Made by a program: the position numbers and the translations under genes. From the NCBI GenBank assembly GCA_964016885.1, contig OZ024755.1:12648001-12712000 (forward strand): a DNA stretch of 64,000 bases. The letters are read 5' to 3'. Source of the DNA: Eledone cirrhosa (lineage: Eukaryota). A model generated the notes under the pieces. The model did no database searches and was not told the origin of the DNA. It saw nothing but the letters and a program-made list of their open reading frames with translations. Shown one piece after another: positions 32,195-50,679 of the stretch; the first letter of the stretch is position 1, and the number at the start of each line of letters is the position of its first letter.

Positions 32195-33269
32195 GTGATA
32201 ATGATGATCATATGGATGAAGGTGTGATGATGATGGTGATGGTGATAATGATGATGATGATGATGATGATGATAGAAGGCAAGGTGTGATGATGATCATC
32301 ATCATCATCACATGAGTGAAGGTATAATGATGATGATGATGATAATATAGGTGAAGATGTGATGATGATGTTGATGATGAAGACAGTCAGGTTGTGTGTT
32401 GATGATGATGATGATGATATGAGTGAAGGTGTGTATGATGATGATGATGATGATAAGAGTGAAGGTATGTGTGATGAGGATGATGATGATGATGATAACT
32501 GTGAAGGTGTGTGTGATGATGATGATGGCTCTATTTACCACAACGGTACAAAGATGTCCAGGACAGTGCAGAGACAAGATACAAGCACACAGTGGATGAC
32601 GGGGTGTGGTCATGTCAAAATAAAATAACAAGAGCATCGGAAGTGTCCCCAATGGAAGCTGCTATTAGGGGCTAATGAATCAGACTTCTCGAATCCTGAC
32701 TCACCCTGACCACCAAGGGTACGTGATCTTCCTCAGCTATCGTCTCCCAGCCTACAGACTCATGCTGAAAGCAGATCCATTTTATTCTGTCACTTAAGGG
32801 CAGTCACCCTCTCTAAACTATCATCACCCAGCTAAGAGACGCATGTTCAGAACCATATTCACAACGAATGTACTAGGGTTTAGGGTTGGAATGCAGGGAG
32901 TGGTACATCCTTTAACTTCCTCTCCTTCCTTTTCTGGTTAAACATTAAAAGTTGGAAGAGGGCTTGGCTGGAAAGGAGTATGTCTTCCTTCAGTCTTTTC
33001 AGTCACGTTCACTACGCAGGGCAACATCAGTTAGAGGAAACCAACTACTATCTCTTAAGTTTATTTTCTTCTGTTCTCACTATGAAGCCATCAGAGACTA
33101 TTTTTTATCCAGTTACTGTAGTCCAACATTTTCTACGGACCGGTGTCATGCAAGATACTTTATACACTGCCCGAGAGGGGAGTGGGTTGGTGTCGATCAC
33201 AAAACACAATAAACAATAAAATGCATATTATATAATTTTATTATTAATTTGATTTATACTGTAAATGTA

Positions 33270-33479
33270 ACTCAACTCAAATAATTGTTTCTACTTTTGG
33301 CACAAAGCCAGCAATTACCCAGTACATAACAGGTTCTTTATTTTATCGACCCCGTAAGGATGAAAGGCAAAGTTAACCTCGGCGGGATTTGAACTCAGAC
33401 CGTAAAGGGACGTAACTATGCTGGAAAGCATGGCGTCCGACTCTCTACCGATACTGCCAATCCACTCAACTCAAATAAT
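33270..33479 (-). mobile_element. Young SINE with 16-bp target-site duplication
   Basis: actcaactcaaataat at 33270-33285 and 33464-33479 flanks a near-full copy. Confidence 0.92.
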
Positions 33480-34731
33480 GCAGACTGAACTCAACATAAG
33501 CTAGACTGAACTCAATATTAGGTAAACCCTGATAGTCAATAAAATGGAGGAAAATAATGTTTTTTTTTTCTTTCTTTCCTGCCCGGTACCAAACGGTCCA
33601 GAGCCCGGTGTGGGAACCGCTGTACTCAAGTACAAAGAATCGAAGGATCGTATCACTTCATTAAACTACCCGCAATCTATATACTTAAAGGTTTCCCAAA
33701 CAATTTTAGACTACTGTCCCCCTTTTTGAATGAATATGCTTCATCAAGCCGTTGACCGCTCAACATATAAAGTTGTTGGGGAATTATACTTTAAGAATTA
33801 ATTTCTAATTATATTTTTAAAATTATTTAAATATTAATTAGATAACTAAATGTGATAATTATAAAAACATCTAATTTGTATTCTTCCCTTTCTTCTCTTC
33901 CTTGTGTTCCAATGACTCCCTCTCTAGCACCATTACATCTCCTCCATCACTACGCCTTATCTTCCAATGAACCCCAGCCCCACAATTACTCCCCTTGCCT
34001 TCCAGTGCCCCTCGGAGTTAAGCCAGTGCTCCAAACTGAGTGAAGTGAGGTCGGGGTAGTTCCTAGTTTAGGAATCACTGATAAAGATCAAATCAACAAT
34101 CCTCATTTGAAATTGTCAACTTTCGATTATCGATTCCTATGTTGTTCCTTTTGAATTTGTTTTGGTTTGTCTTTTTGTTAATTCTTTGTTTATTTTTATT
34201 TTTTATTTTGTTGCTTTTTGTGGGGTTTTTTTGGGCTTTTTTATTTTTGTTTGTTTGCTTATTTTTGTTTTTCTTTTTGTTGCTATTTTTTTTGTTGGTA
34301 TTTTTTTTTTGTTGCTTTTTTGGTGGTGGGGGGCATTCTTGCGAATTAGGAAATATTTCATCTTCGCAAGAGAAAATATTGAAATAAATGTAAAAGATTG
34401 AAAGATTGTTGCCAATTCCTGCTAGCATATCATATTGTTCTCCTTTTTAAGAAGTAATTATGTTTATTTTGGCAGATAAAACAACACTAATAAGTTGCTT
34501 AGATATATTGGAATAACCAGCCATATTATTGAAGCAATTACGAACAGAAAATATTGATTTGCCATATATATATATATAGAGCGAGAGAGAGAGAGAGAGA
34601 GATAAATAGATATGTATATATGGGCGTGTGTGTGTATGTATGTATGTATGTATTTTTAACAACACACATATATATATATGAGAGAGAAAGAGTGTGTGTG
34701 TGTATATACATACATGTATATATATATATAC

Positions 34732-34772
<41 letters not shown>

Positions 34773-34773
34773 C

Positions 34774-34814
<41 letters not shown>

Positions 34815-35253
34815 CATATATAAATATATATATATATATATTAATAGAGGTGTTTATGAATCCATATACGATATGTATATATTGATACTGCTACTAATAT
34901 ATATATATATAGCTGATTAATATATTGACATGGAATGGCAACAGCGCAAAGCCAGAGGTGAGTTTCCGGCAATTAGAGAGTATGACGCCATTGCAATCTC
35001 CTGCTGAGATCGTTTCATTCCACTTCTGCGGCTTCCTTATATTAATATCTATTGACTTTCTGACGAATTAAGTGGGATGGAATGGATCTCCATCAGTTTC
35101 GACGATGAGTGTTCTAGTTGTTTATTTGATTAACGAAATAACCGCCTGTTCGTGAAGTTATTGCATATGTGTATGAGCGTTTCAGAGATACGTGCACTTA
35201 TAACGTTATTCTCTAGAAATTCGACCTGACACTCGATAATGAGTCACGGCCAT

Positions 35254-35309
<56 letters not shown>

Positions 35310-35311
<2 letters not shown>

Positions 35312-35481
35312 ATATTGGGTATGAATCTAAGTTGAAGCTGCCATATAGAACATATATATATATATTCTGAGTACAGAATTAGCCGTCGAAACGGCTTGAG
35401 CTCAGCCGTCGGGGTCTTACTTACTTCTATATATATATATATATATATTCTATATGGCAGTTTCAACTTAGATTCATACCC

Positions 35482-35517
<36 letters not shown>

Positions 35518-35690
35518 CAAAGGAAATGTGGTAAGGAACCAGATGGAGCATAACGCACCAAAGTACTCAATACTTAGGGTAGTAGAGTGGGAAATAGGAA
35601 GAAGTATGACCCCGACCGCAGAGCTCAAATCCAGAAATAGCCGTCGAAACGGCTTGAGCTCTGCCGTCGGGGTTATACTTTTTCCTATAT
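35310..35690. mobile_element. Rearranged copies of the GCCGTCGAAACGGC family with nested inverted repeats
   Basis: Copies at 35370-35430 and 35518-35688. A 42-bp inverted repeat (35310-35351 / 35448-35490) and a ~35-bp inverted repeat (35595-35629 / 35654-35688) are present. Confidence 0.65.
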
Positions 35691-35732
35691 ATATATATAT
35701 ATATATACAGAGAGAGAGAGAGAAAGAAAGAA

Positions 35733-35764
<32 letters not shown>

Positions 35765-35912
35765 CTGGGGGAAGAAAGGAAGAGAGAAAGACAGAAAGAA
35801 AGAATGAAAACGCGAGAGAGAGAGAGAGAGAGGGGGAGAAAATGAAAGAGCGATCAAAGGCCTTATTTATTGGCAACGTCAGAAAACCCTGCGTCTCTAC
35901 TCCCTTGAAACA

Positions 35913-35943
<31 letters not shown>

Positions 35944-36526
35944 AGAGGGGGGAGAGAGAGAGACTGTTATATCTATATGGAAGATATATGGTTGGGGGGG
36001 GGGGGTGTAATGTTCTAAACTTCAGCATTAAAAATCATTTTAACACACGAACTGGTAAACATTGCCAGTTTCCAAATATATCATCTTGGCTATCGCGAGC
36101 AAAAGCCTTCTATTGTACCAGTCAAATGTTTAAAGATCCTCAAGTGTGTAACTTTCGGCTTAGGCTTAAAGAAATTAGAGACGGAAGAGGGACGTCTGTT
36201 CAGACAGTTTAAAAGGAAGTCGATGAACTCCTAACATAAATACCGGAGTAAGCAACTATTCGAGGATATACTCTAGAAAGATCAGTTACTAGGAAATTCA
36301 ATTATTGACAAACTTCCTTTCAGCTATCAAACTAAAAATAAAAAAAAAAGTTAAGGTGTTGCTCCAGAATGGTCGCTGTCCAACAACTGAAATCACCGAA
36401 GGAATAAAAGAATATATATGTGTGTGTAGAGAGAAAGGGGGTAAGGGGAGGGAGGGGGGGGGGGTATATTTTGCTTATTGAGAAAATAAAACGAAAATAC
36501 AAAGACAGAAGGTAGCAGGACATCTG

Positions 36527-36570
<44 letters not shown>

Positions 36571-36581
36571 TTTTAGATTTT

Positions 36582-36628
<47 letters not shown>

Positions 36629-36629
36629 C

Positions 36630-36667
<38 letters not shown>

Positions 36668-36738
36668 ATATTAGATTTTAGATTTTTATTTTATATATAT
36701 ATATATATACATATATATATACATACATATATACATAC

Positions 36739-36780
<42 letters not shown>

Positions 36781-36931
36781 TTTTAGATTTTTATTTTATA
36801 TATATATATATAAAATAAAAATCTAAAATATAATATATATATATATATATATACACATATATGTATATATATATTTTAGATTTTTATTTTATATATATAT
36901 ATATAAAATAAAAATCTAAAATATAATATAT

Positions 36932-36969
<38 letters not shown>

Positions 36970-37097
36970 TACATATATATATAATAAAAATCTAAAATCT
37001 AATATACATACAAAATTATGACAAACAATCAGATAATAAAAGAAAATATAACACAGACACAAAGACAGGACGTAGCGGGACATCATCATCTCTCATA

Positions 37098-37300
37098 TAA
37101 AATAATATAAAATAATATAAAATAATATAAAATAATATAAAATAATATAAAATAATATAAAATAATATAAAGTAATATAAAGTAATATAAAATAATATAA
37201 AATAATATAAAATAATATAAAATAATATAAAGTAATATAAAATAATATAAAATAATATAAAATAATATAAAATAATATAAAATAATATAAAATAATAATA
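37098..37300. repeat. 10-bp tandem repeat (aataatataa), about 20 units
   Basis: Direct inspection. Confidence 0.95.
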
Positions 37301-37718
37301 AAGCGGCTAAGATTGCAAGTTGGGCGGCAGATCAGTTAAGTGCAAAATTGTAAAATCTTGCATTATGAATAGGAACGCTGCTTTTTACTTTAGCAGCTTA
37401 CGATATGTGAATAAAACAGCAACCGAAATAATTAATGTAATGCAAATATTATTCTAAAGATGAGTTGAACTATGGGGTAGAACAAAATGGATGACTACCA
37501 TGATAGTTTAGTCTACTCTCCTAGTGATGGCCACCTACTGGAACGTATATAAACAAACAGAATGTTTGAAATAAAATTACAAAAACTTTACCGCCATTGT
37601 TGATATGGTGATAGATCTACCAAATTGTCTGACACATACAGATATACACATATATGCACATATGTACATACATGCATACACAAACACGTAGACACATATC
37701 CCATATGCATACACACAG

Positions 37719-37764
<46 letters not shown>

Positions 37765-37859
37765 CTGTATATATATATAGAGAGAGAGAGATATATATAT
37801 ATATACATATATATATACACACATATATATATATACATATATATATATAAATGTATATA

Positions 37860-37896
<37 letters not shown>

Positions 37897-38684
37897 GTAT
37901 ATATATACATATATGTATATATATACATATATATATATACATATATATATAGAGAGAGAGAGAGATAGATAGATAGATAGATCTAGATATATATATATGT
38001 TTGTATATATTTGTATATATATTTTTATATATACATATATATATATATAGATATATGTATATAATGTGTGTACGTATATATATATATATAGATAGATAGA
38101 AAGATATAGATATGTATATATATGTTTATATATATTTGTATATATATTTATATGTATACATATATATAGACATATGTATATAATGTATACATACATAAAT
38201 ACATACATATGCGTGTGAGTGTACAAGTCAATCTTTGATTCAATTCTTCACTCATATTGCCTGCTGTTAATGATGTAAGTATGGAACAACAACAAAAACA
38301 AATATTAACAATACTAATAAAGACATATTTGTTATTGTTCTTGTTGTAGTCATTATTATTATTATTATTATTATTATTAGCAGTAGTGGTGGTAGAAATG
38401 AAAGTGATTTCTTTTATTTTCATTTTTGCTTTGATTGATAATAAATTCAATAGGTTTTTGTTATGATCCGAATGTCTTTTAATAGCAAGTTTCCTGATGT
38501 GAGAACATTGAAATCTTCCAGACCAGTGCCAAGAATATTCTAACATTAAATTCAACCTAGCAAAAGTACAACCATTATTTCTTTTACCAGTCTGTAGCAG
38601 CTGTTGGCATTGAATGAAGAAAAACCAGTAACCTTTACTTCTACTCAATAACACAAACACACACGCTATATATATAAATATATA

Positions 38685-38820
38685 TAGTAATAATAATAAA
38701 TTTGAAGGCTAAAATCCAAAGAGGGCTCGATAAGGATAAATATATATCAAGTATATAAGAATCCTTTAAGGGTGAAAGCAGCGATTTTTTGCTTAAACTT
38801 TAATCTGTTATTTTAATTAA
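38685..38820. repeat. Dispersed TA-associated repeat
   Basis: taataataaatttgaaggctaaaatccaaagagggctcgataaggataaat. Reverse copies at 54365-54440, 55076-55125, and 62240-62282 plus 62400-62455. Confidence 0.7.
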
Positions 38821-38829
38821 TATGTGTGC

Positions 38830-38889
<60 letters not shown>

Positions 38890-38998
38890 TGCATAGAGGA
38901 TAGCGGTCAAGACACAGCACCAAGAGATAAATGTTTAATATTTGGTATGAGTAGAAATGTGTAGGAGTCTATATTATCTGCTACTGATAGAAAGAAAC

Positions 38999-39030
<32 letters not shown>

Positions 39031-39277
39031 TTGGTAATGACATCTGTTGCTACCTGCTGGCAAGAAAGATGGATTAATTAGCTACTTGTAAAAAACACTA
39101 AATTCAACTTATGTTTAAATAACAAGACGCTGTCTCTGTGTGTCTAAGTGCGTAGGCTTGTGTCCTTGTGTGTACGTGTGTGATTATATATGTATGTATG
39201 TATGTATGTATGCATGTATGTATGTATGTATGTATGTGTGTATATAGCTGTCTGTATGTGAGTCTATATATATGTGC

Positions 39278-39311
<34 letters not shown>

Positions 39312-39388
39312 TTATATATATATGTATGAATGAATATATGTATGTATGTGTGTATATAACTGTATGTATGTGAGTCTATATATATGTG

Positions 39389-39473
<85 letters not shown>

Positions 39474-39663
39474 ATATATATATGCATGAATAAATAAATA
39501 TGTGTATGAATTGACATATGTAAGCAATTATACGATGCATTTTCGAAGTTTTATGCACTCTTTACTGTATAGTGTCTATTATATATGAACACGAACATAT
39601 GTTTGCATATATACACATGTTAGGCACCCTGCAGGCACGCACAGATGCATATATACACATATC

Positions 39664-39696
<33 letters not shown>

Positions 39697-40129
39697 ATAT
39701 ATACATTGCCCACGCACATACGCATAAACTCCACACATTCACATATATGTAAAAACATATATGTGTGTATAAATATGTGTGTGTGTGTGTGTTTATATAT
39801 AAATGCGTACATACATACATACATACATACATACATACATACGTACATACATACATACGTACGTACGTAGGACCACCTTCACAAGCACCCAAAACCCCAG
39901 ATACATATTGTAGAAATAAATGTACATGCTAATATAGAAATAAACTGGTGGACAACGGGGTAAATGTTACTGTTCGCCCAGAATTATGTAAAGATATAAA
40001 AAGTTGCCGGACCATTATTTGCCGGAAAATTGGTGTTGAATCTCTAGAACAATTGGCTCTATCCATTCACACATTTTTCCCGCCTTCACTACGCTCCGGA
40101 GCGACAAATCATTTTTCATAGATACACCA

Positions 40130-40600
40130 ACTATTCCTCCACCACTAAAGAGTGACATCTCTCTGTAACTTGCATCAATGTTACAGCTACATATCAACTA
40201 CTTCACAACTGAAGAGTGACATCTCTCTCTCTGTAACTTGCATCCGTGTTACAACTCTGTCACAGGTATATATCAGTCACTCCCCCACCACCACTGAAGA
40301 GTGATATCTCTCTGTAACTTGCATCCGTGTTACAGCTGTGTCACAGTTAAGTATCAGTTACTCTCCCTACCATCACTAACGAGCGGCATCAATGTTACAA
40401 CTGTGTCACAGTTAAGTATCAGTCACTCTCCCACCACTAAAGAGTGACATCTCTCTGTAACTTGCATCAATGTTACAACTGTATCAGAGTTACATTTCAG
40501 TCACTCTCTCATCACCAAGGAGTGACATCGGTCTGTAACTTGCATCAAGGTTACAACAGTATCACAGTTACATATCAGTCACTCTCCCACCATCATTGAA
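40130..40600. repeat. Degenerate ~60-80-bp tandem repeat with internal inverted repeats
   Basis: gagtgacatctctctgtaacttgcatcaatgttacaactgtgtcacagttaagtatcagtcactctcc, about 6-7 units. Confidence 0.85.
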
Positions 40601-41594
40601 TGTACCTCCACCATACACAACCCTAATTCACTCTGGATATGCCACCTTTGACAAGTTTACCCCATATTTACATGCAATTGGACTGTATTCTAGGAGTTTC
40701 TCCTTCACAGCGAGAATATATTTATCTTCTGAGCCAAACGTGGGAATCTCTACTTAGCGTCATTTAACCACCACCTGGTCCTTGTGTACCTTAGAGCAGT
40801 CAACTCTGTTGGTAAGATTCGGGTCAGATCTCAGTTTTGGGGACTTCTTCTTCTATCCCGCCAATTCCTGAGACCCTGAAATTGGGTCAGAAGCACTACC
40901 TTCCCTCGCCAATAAAATAGTAAATAAAATAAAATACAATAAAATAAAGATGGTTAATACAGCCCTTAACTTGCGGGCATATTGTCACGGCTGGAAGCCG
41001 ACTGATGACATTGCTGTTGGGTCAGGGTTGGCCTAGGGTTACACAAAACGACAAACAACTTACATTGATATATTTTGTAGCAAATACTGATGTCTGTAAT
41101 GATTTCTATAATTGGCTGAAAGCGACAGTTGTAGGTTGTATTAAAGAGCCGTATAGTCGATAGAATCGGCAAGAGTGTTTAATTTTAGAATGATGAATGA
41201 ACCAACAGATGAATGAATGAAGGCAGAAATGAGAACGAGGCTAAGTGTTGGTTTAACAAAAATAACTTTGTTTATATATTTCAAAGTAACATATGGCTGT
41301 TTATGTTATAATGTCTCGTGTATATTAACACATATATTTACATGGTGTGTATGCATACACACACACACACACATTATATTGATATATATATATATATATA
41401 TATATATGCGTGTGTATATAGCTCGTTTCTATACACACAATACCTGTGTATATAAACATATACAGGGAGTGTAACGACGCGAAGTTTATATATATATATA
41501 TATATATACAAAATTAAATTAAGGTTGTCATGTATATATATATATGTATATATGTATATATATATGTATATATGTATATATATATGTATATATG

Positions 41595-41717
<123 letters not shown>

Positions 41718-41741
41718 GTATATAACATATATATGCACACA

Positions 41742-41779
<38 letters not shown>

Positions 41780-42191
41780 AATTTAGCGAGAATCGCATTT
41801 CGGCGGGTAGAAATTAGCGAAACGCAACTTCCGAATTGTGTTGACAAGCGCTCCATGGATAAGAAGAAACCAGAGCTATAAACATAAGTTAAAAAGGTCA
41901 TACAAAACCGAGACGATGGTTAAGAAGCCATTAACCACATAAGCCAAAAAAGCGAACAAGCTAAACGGGTCAAACAAAATAAGATATGATTGAAATAGTT
42001 ACTCGGACCCTCGGGGAAGATGGTATACTCCGATATAGGGTTTCTGCGACACCTAAATCAATAATGCTGTCTGCTTATAAGAAATAATAAACTTTTGGTA
42101 TAATGATCGAACAAGGAATCACTTTCTCTACAGGCATTTTGTTCTTCGTGCGCCAGAATCTCACAGGGTATGAAAGCACATACATACATAC

Positions 42192-42224
<33 letters not shown>

Positions 42225-42512
42225 CATACGTATATATATATATATATTTACCTATTTCATGAAAATTACGCATTGAGAAGACGCGTGGCTTTGTGGTTAG
42301 GCTTGTTGGCGCATCGTGTCTTTGAAGAAGACAATTTATTTTTGGTTGTTCCTATTTGTACCTGTTATTCAAAGGTGGCCAGCCTTGCCTCAGAGAGTCA
42401 TGCCGAATCTCCCTGAGAACTACTTTGTGCAGCACACGTGTCTATCGAATGCTCAGCTACTTGATGTTAATTTATCGAGCAGGCTGTTTTGTTGGTCGAA
42501 CAATTAGAACAA

Positions 42513-42921
42513 TACCGTTTTCTTCTGTGTATAACACGCAGTTTTGGGGGTTTTATTTCACTTTTTTCCTTGTTTGTTTAGAGGATGCATCATATACACC
42601 AGCATTTGGATTTTCCAGACATTTTACCAGTCAAAATAGTTTGCGTGTTATACAGGAATACGAGTTATACACGAATACAAGTTATACACGAATGCAAGTT
42701 ATACACGAATGCAAGTTATACACAAATGCAAGTTATACACGAATGCAAGTTATACACGAATGCAAGTTATACACGAATACAAGTTATACACGAATGCAAG
42801 TTATACACGAATGCAAGTTATACACGAATGCAAGTTATACACGAATGCAAGTTATACACGAATGCAAGTTATACACGAATACTAGTTATAAACGAGTGCG
42901 CATTATACACGAATACTGGTA
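42513..42921. mobile_element. Tc2/pogo-like MITE with an internal 17-bp tandem array
   Basis: Left end taccgttttcttctgtgtataacacgca, right end tgcgcattatacacgaatactggta; about 15 copies of gttatacacgaatgcaa at 42647-42912. Confidence 0.6.
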
Positions 42922-43384
42922 ATACACGGAACAATATGGTAATCCCTGAAACCGACGGAGGTCCATTTCAGTCAATTCTCACTAATTCAGGAATCACAGA
43001 GTGATGTTCACAAAATATATGTTTGAGAGACAGAAAGAAAAGAGACGGGAGATAACACACATACTTGATTACACGCTACAGGGAATGGTGGAGTTTCCTT
43101 TCAATAATTTCAAGACAGGCTTTAAATATATGTTAGGGATAGCCACAAGTAACAAACGAACCCAAATTAATTGCCACTTTTTGGTAAAGATTGACACGTG
43201 TCACCGCCCAAAGAATTATTTTGTTGCTACTTATATTATATTACACTGGTTGACCCTTGCTGAAATTCAACAGTTTAATTAGAAACAATCGCCAAGTATT
43301 AAATATCAATATGGCAGTTTAAATGTTTCATTTATTCTACAAGTGCTTACTATGAGCAGGTCCATTGACTCGGGCGATGCTTAT

Positions 43385-44050
43385 ACATAGAGTTACGGCC
43401 CTTTATGTTCTGAGTTCAAATCCCGCTGAGGTTAGTTTTGCCTTCCATCCTTACGGGGTCGATAAAATAAGGAACCAGTCACTCACTGGGGTCGATTTCG
43501 ACTTCACCTTCCCGTCAAATTGTTGGCCTTGTGCTTAAATCAGAAACCATTGAGGGCGGTGGATTGGCAGTATCGGTAGAGCGTCGGACACCTTGCTTCG
43601 CAGCATAGAGTTACGGTTAATGTATTTGCCGGACATATACCACCCAGGCTTGCAATATAAACCAAGTAAATATCTCATAATGATTTAATATTATTCCTCA
43701 TAAAAGGCAAAGCTAAACTCGACGGAATTTGCCCTTTACGTTCTGAGTTCAAAACCCACCGAGGTTAGCTTTGCCTTTCATCCTACAGAGTCGATAAAAT
43801 AAAGTACCAGTAATGTACTGGGGTCGATTTAGTCGACTTTCCCCAAATTGCTGCCCTTCTGCCGAAATATTGGCAGTATCGGTAGAGGGTCGGACAACAT
43901 GCTTTCCAGCATAGAGTTACGGCCCTTGCTATTCTGAGTTCAAATCTCGCCGAGGTTAACTTTGCCTTTCATCCTTACGGAGTCGATGAAATAAAGTACC
44001 AGTAATGCACTGAGATAATTGCTGGCCTTGTGCCAAAAGTAGAAACAATT
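43385..44050 (+). mobile_element. Cluster of four or more SINE copies and fragments
   Basis: Consensus blocks at about 43385-43550, 43553-43617, 43730-43865 and 43870-44050, plus a short inverted fragment near 43700. Confidence 0.85.
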
Positions 44051-44486
44051 GTCATTATTGTCGTTATATTAATACTATTTGTAATTTATTTAGAATATCT
44101 AAATATATACATATGTCTGTGTGTTTGGGAGGGAAGGGGACTTGGGGAATATTTAGAGAGTCGGGTTAAATCCCTTGAGACATTTGCTTATGTTAGTATC
44201 CTTATTTTTCAAATCCCACACAGAACTTTATTGCTTTTCATCATTCTAGGGTCGATAAAATAAGTAGTAGTCAATTACAGAAACGGTGGGGTGTCCCAGA
44301 AACCATTTGTATCGTGTACTGTGTTGCCTCAGTACGGCTACAGTCCAGTGATTTGACACCAGGGAGAGAATAAAGTAAAATGACTTACATACGGATACAA
44401 ACACACACAGAAACACACACATATGTGTGTGTTTCTGTGTGTCATATATAAATATGTATATTATGTATATATATATACATACACAC

Positions 44487-44527
<41 letters not shown>

Positions 44528-44533
44528 TTATGT

Positions 44534-44582
<49 letters not shown>

Positions 44583-44914
44583 TACTGTAGGTATATAGAC
44601 TTACATCTGCAGAGAGAGTGATTGATATGTATATAGGGTTTACGGCCAGGAACGACCGTGGTTTTTGCACCAGGAAAGTTCCCTTCGTGACACAAGTCGG
44701 GGCAAAGAGCTTTTGTTACTCATTCATGCCTTTCTCCCCTCACAACACCCCCATGTTGCCCGAAGGAAAGGCAAAAACTGATAGAGTTTGGTACCAAATT
44801 TCCTCAACTGAGTAAACGGGATCAACACAAAATAAAGTCTTGCTCAAGAATTGAGCAGAAAACCTCACGATTGTCAATCCAGTGTTCTACGCACGAAGCC
44901 ACGTGCCTTCACAA

Positions 44915-48545
<3,631 letters not shown>

Positions 48546-49010
48546 GTGAATGGAAGAATCTATTAGCTGTGTATATAGCTGTATAGTTTTATAAATGTTT
48601 TCAATATGTCTTTTATTTGAAATGAGTTGAGGTGTAAAATACACGAGTAAAGCGAAATCCATTGGTATAGACTGAATGTAATACTATCACCATACATAAA
48701 TATTTTGGCAGCTGCTGAAGTGAAGTCAGAGAGAGGGGGAGGGCGCGAGAGGGGTGAAAAGAGGGGGAGAGATGTATAGAAAGTGGTGGGGGGTGAGATA
48801 TATAGAAAGTGAGGGGGGAGATATATATATAGAAAGTGAGGGGGAGAGAACCCCCCCCCTCCCTAAAAAAAAAACACTAAACCACACCAGACCCACCGTC
48901 ACATCATAACACCACAACACAACCAACAAATCACCAAATGACACCACAACCACCATTAAAACCACTTTACAACGACTTCAATTACGACGACGAAGGGCCG
49001 AACATAACTA

Positions 49011-49047
<37 letters not shown>

Positions 49048-49594
49048 CTCTCTTTCTTTCTCTCTCTCGTTCTTTCTCTCTCTCTCACACACCCAACAAT
49101 TACAAAAACCCCCACCAATACCATCATCATCATTATCATCCTCACCACCAACAGCAACACCGTGACAAACACCACAACCACCACCACCACCATAATAACT
49201 ACCACAACAACCACAACCACCATCACGACCACACCACAGCTGCCTCAATCTCTGTCACCATCACTTCGACTACTACCACCACCACCACTATCACAACATC
49301 ACACTTCACCACTACACTCCACCATACCACCACCACCATCACACCACCACAACACTCCACCACATCACCTCCATCACACCACTACCACACTCCACCACCA
49401 CCATCACACCACCACCACCACACTCCATCACACCACCACTACCACCATCACCCTCCACCACCACTACCACGATCGTTATCATGGAGTAGATCATTTTTTT
49501 GTCTCTATTTAATTTTTCTGTCGCAGTTTTCTTTTTATTTGCCTTAAGGAATCATCAGACATTTTTCTCAGCTTATATTGCTTGGCTAAGTTAA

Positions 49595-49830
<236 letters not shown>

Positions 49831-50074
49831 ACCCATCCACACACACATATATATAGGGGGAGAAAGAGGGAGAGAGTAAGAGTGTGTGTGTGGTGGAGAG
49901 AGAGAGAGTCAGAGAGGAAAAGAGAGAAAGTGGTTTTCCGTTAAGGAAAGGAAGATCACATTTAGAGAGTAAGTACATCAACCACAAAAATGCACATCTA
50001 TTCTGCTGTCTGTCCCCAGAAACAATGGCCTTGTTACAACGCCCCCATACATTCACACAAATATATATACATAT

Positions 50075-50208
50075 ATACACATCTACGACGGGCTTCCACT
50101 CAGTTTCCGTCTCCAAAATTTGACTCAAGGCATTACTTAATTCATTGCTACAGTAGAATACAATTGTCCAAGATGCCGTGCAGTGGGATGGAACCCGAAA
50201 CCACGTGA
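50075..50208 (-). mobile_element. Third SINE family fragment
   Basis: tacgacgggcttccactcagtttccgtct...ccaagatgccgtgcagtgggatggaacccgaaaccacgtg. Related fragments lie at 17200-17295, 20105-20220 and 61430-61560. Confidence 0.6.
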
Positions 50209-50634
50209 AGTGATTACAGCAGTTAATCTTTATGTAGAGTCTGGTCAGAATTCTTGTAACAGGAACATCATTGTAATTCGGAAATGTTTTAGCTTTTAGC
50301 TCTTAATGTATGCTTTTAAGTGAATAAAAACCGTATTTCACTTAGGAAATTTTTGATGTCTTTGTATTGAGGATATATTTTAATGTGTTTGTATTGACCG
50401 TTTACGTTTCGTTACGTTTGACATCAAATATGAGAAAGTGAGACAACCCAAATAGCTATAATTTTTATTTGCCCGGATATATGGGGAAAAAACATACACT
50501 AAATGAACGAAAACAAAATGAAACTTGACAGAAGCGATGAAAATAACATTTGAATTTATTATCTACAGCAATTCTTCCGACACATTTTAGGAATGGTGTA
50601 TAAATGAATCGTTGATCAACATACGTCATGTGTG

Positions 50635-50679
<45 letters not shown>

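Noticed and set aside
32650-32870. Minus-strand peptide DHVPLVVRV resembling an APE endonuclease end
   Set aside because: It is a short motif amid stops and frameshifts and cannot be supported.
36082-36260. Peptide ending LETEEGRLFRQFKRKSMNS* (vaguely like a GIY-YIG C-terminus) followed by an actcc/ggagt hairpin
   Set aside because: The similarity is too weak by eye and the hammerhead core is absent; it needs an HMM search.
41056-41125. Possible minus-strand micro-exon
   Set aside because: The splice-like motifs have no recognisable coding content or partner exons.
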